From Eubacteriales bacterium (GTDB taxonomy: Bacteria; Bacillota; Clostridia; Christensenellales; CAG-138): a stretch of 64,000 nt of DNA. Where the stretch lies: NCBI GenBank assembly GCA_021372675.1, contig JAJFTZ010000057.1, forward strand, positions 22,633 to 86,632. The letters are read 5' to 3'. Under the pieces are notes generated by a model. That model worked only from the letters and a program-made list of their open reading frames with translations, searched no databases and had not been told where the DNA came from. Of this stretch, positions 30,042-37,466 are shown piece by piece. Position numbers and translations under genes: made by a program. Positions within the stretch are counted from its first letter, which is position 1. Each line of letters begins with the position of its first letter.

Positions 30042-31022
30042 TTATCGCTGCTTCGGCGTGATGATGACGCGGCGGTTAGGTTCTTCGCCCTCGCTGTGCG
30101 TGGAGACGTAGGGGTGGTTTTGGAGCGTGGCGTGGAGCACGCGTCGCTCGTAGGGGTTCATGGGTTCGAGCGCGCGGGGCTTGCCGGTGGCCTTCACCTG
30201 CGAGGCGAGCCTGCGGGCGAGGCGGACGAGGGTCTGCTCGCGCTTTTCGCGGTAATCCTCGGTATCGATGCTTACGCGGAGGTAGCCTTCCTCCTTGCGG
30301 TTGCGGTTGAGGCAAAGCGAGGCGAGGTACTGAAGCGCATCGAGCGTTTCGCCGCGGTGCCCTATGAGGATGCCCATGGTTTCGCTGTCGATATAAAGCT
30401 TTAAGCCATCCTCATCCTGTGCGGCAAGAACCTTCGCGTCCACGCCCATGCGGGCGACGACGCCCTTTAGGAAATCCGCCGCGCGGTTGCCCTCGGCGGC
30501 TTCCACGGTGTAGTTGATCTTCTCGACGGGCTTTTCATCGGTGTGCTGCGGCTCGCGGCGGGGCGCGCCGGTGCCGTTTTGCCTGGGCTGCCGAGGCTGC
30601 TCGCGGCGCGGCTGCTCGGGCGCGGGCCTACGCTCGGGCGCGGGCCTGTGCTCGGGGCGCGGTTCGCGCTCGGGCTGCGCGAGGCGCGCCTCGAGGGAAG
30701 CGGCGGCGGCATCCACGCGGGGGCGCTCGTTGCGCCTTATCGCGCGGTCGTCCCTGCGCTCCGGGCGCGGGCCGCGGTCGCGGCGGGGTTCGCGCTCAAA
30801 GCCGCGGCCTTGCGGGTTGGTCAGATATTCGGGGAGAACGATCTCCTCGGGCACGCGCTCGGTGAGCTTCACGACGGCGGGCTTGGCTCCTATGCCGAAC
30901 ACGCCCTTGCTTTCCTGCTGTAAAATCTCTATTTCGACCTCGTCGATCGAGGTCCCAAGCTCCGAGAGGCCCTTAAAGATTGCCTCGTCGACGGACTTTC
31001 CGCTCGCTTCGATGCTTCTCAT
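30042..31022 (-). CDS. jag: Jag/KhpB RNA-binding protein (Jag_N-KH-R3H) with expanded Arg/Pro/Glu linker
   Basis: N-terminal SVDEAIFKGL, KH GHRGETLDALQYL, R3H ERRVLHATL. ATGA overlap with yidC. Confidence 0.85.
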   Translation of the reverse strand: MRSIEASGKSVDEAIFKGLSELGTSIDEVEIEILQQESKGVFGIGAKPAVVKLTERVPEEIVLPEYLTNPQGRGFEREPRRDRGPRPERRDDRAIRRNERPRVDAAAASLEARLAQPEREPRPEHRPAPERRPAPEQPRREQPRQPRQNGTGAPRREPQHTDEKPVEKINYTVEAAEGNRAADFLKGVVARMGVDAKVLAAQDEDGLKLYIDSETMGILIGHRGETLDALQYLASLCLNRNRKEEGYLRVSIDTEDYREKREQTLVRLARRLASQVKATGKPRALEPMNPYERRVLHATLQNHPYVSTHSEGEEPNRRVIITPKQR

Positions 31023-32020
31023 TTGTTATCCTCCTGCGTGGGCGTGGTGCGCGGATATTTTTTGTTGAGCAACAGGTTTACAAAAATGCCCATGGCACTG
31101 CTGAGCGTCCAATAGATGGCAAACGCGGAGCTGTTCGAGAGACAGAAGATGAACGACATGATGGGGAACATGTACATCATCATCTTATTGGTGCTTTGCG
31201 CCTGCGCGTTGGCGGCGGTCTGCGGCTGGTTTTTCTGCATGATCCACGAGGCGAGAAGCTGCGAGCCGGAGGCGAGCACAGGCAAAATGAACCAGCCGTT
31301 GTTGCTGCCGGCGTACATGTCGATAAGCGGCTGCATGGCGGTATTATAGCTCGCGATGGCATTCTGGTTGCTCAAAAAGCGGAACGCTTCGGTGGTGACG
31401 ACGGCACCGTCGGCGCCTTTGGCGCTCACGAGCTCGCGCGCGGCGATGCCCATCTGCACGAGCTTATCCCATACCTCGGGGTTGTTTTTCAGGTACAGCA
31501 GCTTGGAGAGGTCCTTGGTCTTCAAAAAGGCCGCGGCATCCATGATGATGGGGGCCATGCCGTTATCGGGCTGCCAGATGTTGTGGATCCAGAGGAACCT
31601 GAACGACGACATGAGCTGCTGCTGCTGCTCGCCCGTAGCGACTAAAAGTCGTATCATCTGCTCGTTCGCCCAGAAGCGAAAGGCCGCGATGAAGCAGAAG
31701 AAAAGGGGCATGGTGATGAGCATAGGCAGGCAGCTTCCCCACATGCTCACGCCTTTTTCCTTCATAAACTTGGATTGTTCGGCCTGTAAGCGCTGCGGAT
31801 TATCTTTGTACTTTTTTTGAAGCCGCGCCAGATCGGGCTGTATTTCCGCCATCTGCGCGCTCGATTGGCGCGTTTTGATATCGGAAAACACGGTGATGGC
31901 GCGAAGGATAATCGTGCTGATGAGTATGGTAAGAAAAACGTTGCCGTTGATGACCGAGTAGACCCAACGCATGGCCTCCAAAAACCATGTGGTCAAAAAG
32001 AAATCACCTTGCATGAGCAA
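31019..32020 (-). CDS. yidC: Membrane protein insertase YidC/OxaA
   Basis: Polytopic protein with a YidC-type core, positioned between yidD and jag. Confidence 0.85.
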   Translation of the reverse strand: MLMQGDFFLTTWFLEAMRWVYSVINGNVFLTILISTIILRAITVFSDIKTRQSSAQMAEIQPDLARLQKKYKDNPQRLQAEQSKFMKEKGVSMWGSCLPMLITMPLFFCFIAAFRFWANEQMIRLLVATGEQQQQLMSSFRFLWIHNIWQPDNGMAPIIMDAAAFLKTKDLSKLLYLKNNPEVWDKLVQMGIAARELVSAKGADGAVVTTEAFRFLSNQNAIASYNTAMQPLIDMYAGSNNGWFILPVLASGSQLLASWIMQKNQPQTAANAQAQSTNKMMMYMFPIMSFIFCLSNSSAFAIYWTLSSAMGIFVNLLLNKKYPRTTPTQEDNK

Positions 32021-32081
32021 GCCTCGCTTTCAAAAAGCATCGCGCCAAGTAAGAGGGGGCGCAGTAAAATTCAAGTTCGTT

Positions 32082-32303
32082 TCAGGGGACGGGGTCGTAG
32101 CCGCCCCTGGAAAAAGGGTTGCACCGCAGCACGCGCTTCACGGCAAGCCATAGGCCCTTTTTCGGGCCGTACTTTTCGATGGCCTCGAGCGCGTAGGCGG
32201 AGCAGGTGGGGATGTAGCGGCAGGATGCGGGCAGAAACGGGGATACAAACGCCTGATAGCCCCGAATCATCGATAATAAGGATCGCTTTAAAAAAGCCCT
32301 CAT
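32082..32303 (-). CDS. yidD: Membrane protein insertion efficiency factor YidD
   Basis: [15 protein letters not shown] motif. ATG 32303 overlaps the rnpA stop (ATGA). Confidence 0.85.
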   Translation of the reverse strand: MRAFLKRSLLSMIRGYQAFVSPFLPASCRYIPTCSAYALEAIEKYGPKKGLWLAVKRVLRCNPFSRGGYDPVP

Positions 32304-32647
32304 CGCTCCAGTTCCTTGAGAAGGTTCGCCTTCTGCAGCAGGTACCGCATGGAGGCGCACAGGGCGGAAAACCTTTCCTCTACCGCCGCGTCGCGGGCGA
32401 TGAAGATGAGGTCGTGCCCTTCCTTCACCCCCGGTATCATAGGGGTGAACGCCTCGCGAAGGCGGCGCTTGACGCGGTTTCTGACGACGCTGTTACCTAT
32501 TTTTTTGCTGACGGAAAAGCCCACGCGAACGCGCGGCTCCTTCGAGCGGGCGCTCAAAAGCACGAGCTGCCTCGAGGCGTTGGATTTCCCCACGCGGTAT
32601 ACATGGCGGAAGTTTTTGTTCCGCTTGAGCGAATAACAGCGTTTCAT
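32300..32647 (-). CDS. rnpA: Ribonuclease P protein component
   Basis: [21 protein letters not shown] motif. Immediately downstream of rpmH. Confidence 0.9.
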   Translation of the reverse strand: MKRCYSLKRNKNFRHVYRVGKSNASRQLVLLSARSKEPRVRVGFSVSKKIGNSVVRNRVKRRLREAFTPMIPGVKEGHDLIFIARDAAVEERFSALCASMRYLLQKANLLKELER

Positions 32648-32723
32648 TCCATGGTTCCCGGCGCGGCCGGGCGGGCTTTGCCATAAAAGCACACGGCAAG
32701 CGAAGCCTGCCGTGCGGCGCGTT

Positions 32724-32858
32724 TTACGCGGAAAGGACTTTGCGGCCTTTTAACCGCCTGCGGGCGAGCACTTTCCTCCCGTTCGCGGTCTTCATGCGCT
32801 GGCGGAAGCCATGCACCTTTTTCCGCTGTCTCTTCTTGGGCTGGTAGGTCTGAAGCAT
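32724..32858 (-). CDS. rpmH: 50S ribosomal protein L34
   Basis: Absent from the ORF track because it is under 60 aa. Hand translation: [44 protein letters not shown]. Confidence 0.93.
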   Translation of the reverse strand: MLQTYQPKKRQRKKVHGFRQRMKTANGRKVLARRRLKGRKVLSA

Positions 32859-32998
32859 TCTCTACACCTCTCTTCCGTTTTCTTCTTCAGGGCGTTTGGC
32901 GCAAAACGCGGCGCACGGCGAAGCATGGCGCGCGCCATGCTCCAAAAGCCCTGCGAATGTACAAGCCGATAACTTGCCGCCGTGGCTGTCAGAAGTAG

Positions 32999-33028
32999 AT
33001 TATATAAGAAAGACGGTGGAACTGTCAA
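32999..33028 (-). promoter_or_regulatory. Sigma-A-type promoter of rpmH-rnpA operon
   Basis: On the minus strand: TTGACA, an 18-nt spacer, then TATAAT. Confidence 0.65.
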
Positions 33029-33171
33029 GGAATCCGGCGCGCAAACCGCTTTTTTTCCGATAAATTTCATCCCGCGCCCGAACCGCCCCGCGCCATCACT
33101 AGATATGGTATTTTTCCTTGGCAGCGGTCACTAATCAGGAAAATTCGCCAGCCCGCATACCAAAAGTACCC

Positions 33172-33200
33172 TTGTCATGCCGCCACGGTTTTGCTATCAT
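33172..33200 (+). promoter_or_regulatory. Candidate promoter of dnaA leader / small RNA
   Basis: TTGTCA, a 17-nt spacer, then TATCAT. Confidence 0.45.
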
Positions 33201-33259
33201 AAGCATAACCGGGGGAAAGGTAAGGAACGCCGCGTCCCTCGGCGCAATAGTTTTTTGCC

Positions 33260-33284
33260 AAGCCGCCCGTTGGCCGGCTTTTTT
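33260..33284 (+). terminator. Intrinsic-terminator-like hairpin between the candidate promoter and the dnaA boxes
   Basis: AAGCCGCCC-GTT-GGCCGGCTT (8 of 9 bp paired) followed by TTTTTT. Confidence 0.5.
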
Positions 33285-33296
33285 CATCGGGCAGAG

Positions 33297-33317
33297 TTAT
33301 CCACAAAGTTATTCACA
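33297..33317 (+). promoter_or_regulatory. Two DnaA boxes upstream of dnaA (TTATCCACA, TTATTCACA)
   Basis: Exact consensus 9-mer at 33297-33305 and an 8/9 match at 33309-33317, about 40 nt before the dnaA ATG. Confidence 0.8.
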
Positions 33318-33355
33318 AAATGGGTGGTTTATCAACACTTGGGGGTTTTTGGGGC

Positions 33356-34687
33356 ATGCAGTCGGCGCAGTACGTTTGGGAAAAATCGATCGTTGAGTTA
33401 AAAAAACTGATGACAACGCCGAGCTTCGACGCTTGGATATCGCCCATCGAGCCGCTTTGCATCCGCGACAATGCCCTCGTATTGCTGGCGCAAAACGGCA
33501 TTTCCAAAAATACGCTCATCAACCTTTACACGGCTACCGTCACCAACGCCGTCAACAAGGCAAACGATACGGGCCTTACCATCTCCTTCGTGGACCCCTC
33601 CGAGGCGGGCGAATACCGCGCGGAGCAGGCGCCTAATTCCGCATTTTCCCCCTCCGCTTCGCGTGAAACGCAGCTTAACCCCAAATATACCTTCGACTCA
33701 TTCGTCATCGGCAATTCCAACAGCTTTGCGCACGCGGCCGCAAAAGCCGTGGCCGATAACCCTTCCTCGGCCTACAACCCGCTTTTCATCTACGGCGGCG
33801 TGGGCCTTGGTAAAACGCACCTCATGCACGCCATCGGCAACCATATCCGCGAAATAAAACCGAAATCCAAGATCATCTACGTGACGAGCGAATCGTTTAT
33901 GAACGAGATGATCCTTGCCATACAGGAAAATAAAAACGCGCAGTTCCGCAACAAATACAGGAGCGTGGACGTGCTTATGGTGGACGATATCCAATTCATC
34001 TCCACCCGCGTCGGTTTGCAGGAGGAGTTTTTCAACACCTTCAACGCGCTCCATACCAACGGCAAGCAGATTATTTTAAGCTCCGATAAGCCCCCCATGG
34101 AGATGCAAACGCTCGAGGTGCGCCTTAGGTCGCGCTTCGAGGGCGGTCTCATCGCCGATATACAGCCGCCCGATATCGAGACCCGCGCGGCCATTTTACG
34201 TAAAAAGGTGGCGCTTGAAGATATCTGCATCGACGAACGCGTTATCACCTTCATCGCGGAAAAGGTAAATTCCAATATCCGTCAGCTCGAGGGCTCGCTC
34301 AACCGCGTGATCGCCTATTCCAACCTCACCAAGCGTCCCATCGACGCCGCCCTCGCGGACACCGCCCTGCGCGATATTTTGCCGGGCTTTGAAAACAGGA
34401 AGATCACCATTGACCTCATCCAGCAGGTGGTGGCGGATTATTATTCCATCAGCCTTGACAGCCTCCTTTCGCAGCGCCGCACCATGGAGATCACCTACCC
34501 GCGCCAGATCGCCATGTACCTCTGCAAGGAAATGACGGAATCCTCCTTAAAAAGCATTGGCCGCAGCTTCGGCGGGCGCGACCATACCACCGTGATAAGC
34601 GCCTGCAAAAAGATCGCTTCCGATATAGAAAAGGACGCAAAGCTGCCCCTTATTATGGAGGACTTGGAAAAGCGTATCAAAAAGTGA
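33356..34687 (+). CDS. dnaA: Chromosomal replication initiator DnaA
   Basis: Walker A GGVGLGKTHL, VDDIQF, C-terminal ITYPRQIAMYL DNA-binding signature. DnaA boxes flank the gene. Confidence 0.97.
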   Translation: MQSAQYVWEKSIVELKKLMTTPSFDAWISPIEPLCIRDNALVLLAQNGISKNTLINLYTATVTNAVNKANDTGLTISFVDPSEAGEYRAEQAPNSAFSPSASRETQLNPKYTFDSFVIGNSNSFAHAAAKAVADNPSSAYNPLFIYGGVGLGKTHLMHAIGNHIREIKPKSKIIYVTSESFMNEMILAIQENKNAQFRNKYRSVDVLMVDDIQFISTRVGLQEEFFNTFNALHTNGKQIILSSDKPPMEMQTLEVRLRSRFEGGLIADIQPPDIETRAAILRKKVALEDICIDERVITFIAEKVNSNIRQLEGSLNRVIAYSNLTKRPIDAALADTALRDILPGFENRKITIDLIQQVVADYYSISLDSLLSQRRTMEITYPRQIAMYLCKEMTESSLKSIGRSFGGRDHTTVISACKKIASDIEKDAKLPLIMEDLEKRIKK

Positions 34688-34691
34688 TGCA

Positions 34692-34925
34692 TTTTCCACA
34701 GGGCATTCACATTTTGTGGAAAAGGCCCGTGGAAATGTGTAGTATAATTTGTGGAAAATGTGTGCTTCGTTGCCACTGTTGAAAAGCCCTTTTTTAGACC
34801 TTGTTTTTCCACAGGCTTATCCACGGCAAAAAGCCTTTTAAAATTTGAAGTTTCGGGGCTTATCCACAGTATCCAGCCCCCTACTATAACTACTACGATT
34901 TATACTATATAACAAATACCAAAAA
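34692..34925 (+). other. oriC core in the dnaA-dnaN spacer: DnaA-box cluster, GC cluster, DnaA-trio-like repeats, AT-rich DUE
   Basis: Boxes: TTTTCCACA 34692, TGTGGAAAA 34715, CGTGGAAAT 34728, TGTGGAAAA 34750, TTTTCCACA 34805, TTATCCACG 34817, TTATCCACA 34860. Then AGCCCC, then CTACTATAACTACTACGA (34881-34898), then an AT-rich run to ~34925. Confidence 0.85.
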
Positions 34926-34943
34926 GCGAATCGGAGGGATCGT

Positions 34944-36050
34944 ATGAAATTTTATATTTCCACCGAAGACTTGAACGCGGGTATCTCCATAATATCCAAG
35001 GCGTTGCCGTCCCGCACCGCCATGCCCATACTCGAGGGCATCTACGCGCAGGCGCAGGGAAATAACCTTCTTTTAAGATGTAACGACCTTTCCCTGCAAA
35101 TAGAAACGCTTCTTCCCGCCGCCGTGGAAACAGAGGGCTCCCTCGTTTTTCCCGGCAGGCTTTTCTCCGACCTCGCGCGCCGTCAACCCGATGAGCAGAC
35201 CTTGATCGAAACCGATAAAACCACCGTTACCATGCAAAGCGGGCGCGCCCGCGCCACCATGCAGGCGTTCGACGCCGCCGAATACCATTCCATGCCCTTC
35301 TCACGGCAGGAATTTTTTGTGAACATCAAAAAAAGCACGCTCAAGAGCATGATCAAGCAGACGATCTTCGCCACCGCGCAGGATGAAACAAAGCCCATCC
35401 TCACGGGCGTCCTCCTCGAGATCACCGAGGGGCTTCTTTCCATGGTGGCGCTCGACGGCTACCGCCTCGCACTTCGCCGCGAAGCGGCCGACGGCGTGAT
35501 CGGCGAGCAAAAGGTGGTCGTCCCCGCCAAATCCCTGCTCGAAATAAGCCGCATCCTCGATGATTCGGACGATATTATCAAGGTCGTATTCTCGAGGACC
35601 CACCTTCTTATAGACCTCGATCATACTAAAATTACCACGCGCCTCCTCGAGGGCGAATTCATCAAGTATAAGCAAATCCTCCCGGAAAATCATACCACTT
35701 GCGTGCGCGTGAACCGCCAGGAGCTTTTCGACAGCATCGAGCGCGTTTCCCTCATTGCCCGCGAAGGAAAATCAAACCTCGTAAAATTCTCCTTCTCCGG
35801 CGATAATTTGGCCATTTCCGCCAACTCCGAAGCCGGTAAAAGCAATGAGGAGCTTACAGTTTCCGTGATGGGAAGCGAGCTGGAGATCGCCTTTAACGCA
35901 AAGTACGTGAGCGACGTTTTAAAATCGCTCGACGACGACGAGGTGTTTCTTGAAATGAACAGCAGCATCAGCCCCTGCGTCGTAAAACCCGTGCAGGGCG
36001 ACCGTTTTTATTTTCTCATCCTTCCCGTAAGGCTGTTTTCGGGGCTATAA
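34944..36050 (+). CDS. dnaN: DNA polymerase III beta sliding clamp
   Basis: 368 aa, follows dnaA, clamp-like three-domain length and an MPILEGI... N-terminus. Confidence 0.93.
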   Translation: MKFYISTEDLNAGISIISKALPSRTAMPILEGIYAQAQGNNLLLRCNDLSLQIETLLPAAVETEGSLVFPGRLFSDLARRQPDEQTLIETDKTTVTMQSGRARATMQAFDAAEYHSMPFSRQEFFVNIKKSTLKSMIKQTIFATAQDETKPILTGVLLEITEGLLSMVALDGYRLALRREAADGVIGEQKVVVPAKSLLEISRILDDSDDIIKVVFSRTHLLIDLDHTKITTRLLEGEFIKYKQILPENHTTCVRVNRQELFDSIERVSLIAREGKSNLVKFSFSGDNLAISANSEAGKSNEELTVSVMGSELEIAFNAKYVSDVLKSLDDDEVFLEMNSSISPCVVKPVQGDRFYFLILPVRLFSGL

Positions 36051-36059
36051 GGAACGGAT

Positions 36060-36155
36060 GTTACTTTTTTTGAAAGAAAAGTAACCAAAAGAACTTATAG
36101 TTTAAATAGAAATATGCTTTTCACGAAAAGGCGCCCAAAACTACGGGCGCCTTTT
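36060..36155 (+). repeat. Rep-C full module copy d after dnaN
   Basis: GTTACTTTTTTTGAAAGAAAAGTAACCAAAAGAAC ... AAAAGGCGCCCAAAACTACGGGCGCCTTTT. Confidence 0.85.
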
Positions 36156-36183
36156 ATGAAGGAAAAAAGAGAACGAAAAAAGG

Positions 36184-36936
36184 TTATCCGTCGAACTCGC
36201 CTTCGTACTCCGAAACGGGCAGGGTTTTGAGGTAAGCGATCACGCCGCGGACGATGCCGTCGGCAAGCTTTTCCTGATATGCGGGATCAAGCAGCTTTTC
36301 CTCCTCCGCGGCGTTGGATAAAAAGCCGCATTCCACCAGGACGGAGGGGGAGGGGCTTTCGCGCAGCATGAAAAAATCCGCCTTGCTCGCCTTGCGGCGG
36401 CTTTGTTCGGTGGAATCGCACACGGCGTCCACGACGAGCTGCGCGAGCTTTTGGCCCTCGTCGGAGCCGGGCATGAAAAAGGCCATGGCGCCGTGCACGG
36501 TGGTATCCTTGAATTTGTTCATATGGATGCTTACCACGACGGTAACGCCGGGTAGGTTCATAATTTTTTTGCGCGCCTGCATATCGGACTTTTTGCCGGA
36601 GGCGAGCGCGTTTTCGTCGGTGCGGGTCATTATGACGTCAACGCCGCTTTTCTTGAGCTTTTCCTCCACGAGCTTCGCGACCGAAAGGTTTAAACCCGCC
36701 TCGGCCACCTTGCTTTTGGTGCCCACCGCGCCGCCGTCCACGCCGCCGTGCCCCGCATCCACCACCACGGTGAAAACGCGGCCCTCCCGCGCGCCGATGC
36801 TCGCGCCGCGCGCGGAAAAAGAAAACCCCTCCAACGACGCGCGGCCGAAAAAGGCGCCGAATATCAATACAAGAAGCAGCACATAAGCCGTATGAGCGGC
36901 GCGCCTAAGCGGCGCGCGGAACAGTCCGCCCGTCAT
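36184..36936 (-). CDS. N-acetylmuramoyl-L-alanine amidase (Amidase_3, CwlD-like)
   Basis: VVVDAGHGGVDGGAVG zinc-amidase motif and an N-terminal TM/signal anchor. ATG 36936 preferred over 37047. Confidence 0.75.
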   Translation of the reverse strand: MTGGLFRAPLRRAAHTAYVLLLVLIFGAFFGRASLEGFSFSARGASIGAREGRVFTVVVDAGHGGVDGGAVGTKSKVAEAGLNLSVAKLVEEKLKKSGVDVIMTRTDENALASGKKSDMQARKKIMNLPGVTVVVSIHMNKFKDTTVHGAMAFFMPGSDEGQKLAQLVVDAVCDSTEQSRRKASKADFFMLRESPSPSVLVECGFLSNAAEEEKLLDPAYQEKLADGIVRGVIAYLKTLPVSEYEGEFDG

Positions 36937-37102
36937 CCCCGTTCCCCCTTCAGCAAAACTGCGGGTAACAAAGATATATTCCGCATGTGTGCGCGTTATA
37001 CGGCCGGGCTTCGCGCGACGTAAAAGGAATTTTTTCGTATTTTGCATAATCGTGTCGAATTATACTTGACGAGCGTGTATATGCAGGTGAATAAAGGGAG
37101 AT

Positions 37103-37184
37103 ATATCCACAGCATCCACAGAGTTATCCACAGGGGAAAGACAAGCTTACTCGCCGTTTTTTCAAATTTTCCACAACGTTCACA
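37103..37184 (+). promoter_or_regulatory. Third DnaA-box cluster (4-5 co-oriented boxes)
   Basis: ATATCCACA 37103, GCATCCACA 37112, TTATCCACA 37124, TTTTCCACA 37167, ACGTTCACA 37176. Upstream of the amidase gene. Confidence 0.65.
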
Positions 37185-37367
37185 ATTTGTATAAAACCGA
37201 TTTGCCCCAAAACAGCGTATATACAGCCGTCTGTTTATGCATTTTTTCTTTTTTAAAAGACCGCAGAAAGCATGGAAACAGCTCGCTTTTTAGGCAGCCC
37301 GCGCACGCCCGTATGCGCTTTATACAGCCCCTAAAAAGCGCTTGTTCAAGCAAAAGCGGCCCATCAT

Positions 37368-37464
37368 AAAAGGCGCCCGTCGGTTGGGCGCCTTTTCGCG
37401 GAAAGCAAGGCTATTATATTTTGACCAAAAGTTCTTTTGGCTACTTTTCTTCCAAGAAAAGTAG
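37368..37464 (-). repeat. Rep-C full module copy e after the M32 carboxypeptidase gene
   Basis: AAAAGGCGCCCGTCGGTTGGGCGCCTTTT ... CCAAAAGTTCTTTTGGCTACTTTTCTTCCAAGAAAAGTAG. Confidence 0.85.
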
Positions 37465-37466
37465 TA

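Noticed and set aside
32923-32940. 18-bp perfect palindrome GCATGGCGCGCGCCATGC in the rpmH leader
   Set aside because: A single GC-rich 9-bp-arm palindrome is near chance expectation for 64 kb of this composition. No second copy or known operator match was found.
33118-33396. 92-aa + ORF, and overlapping small ORFs, across the rpmH-dnaA spacer
   Set aside because: It crosses promoter, terminator and DnaA-box elements and runs into dnaA out of frame. It has no RBS.
37053-37059. TGTCGAA Spo0A-box-like heptamer near the amidase promoter region
   Set aside because: A single 7-mer is expected by chance several times in 64 kb.
37187-37369. 60-aa ORF in the AT-rich segment after the third DnaA-box cluster
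   Set aside because: It has a TTG start without an RBS, atypically low GC, and non-genic composition for this genome. More likely non-coding.
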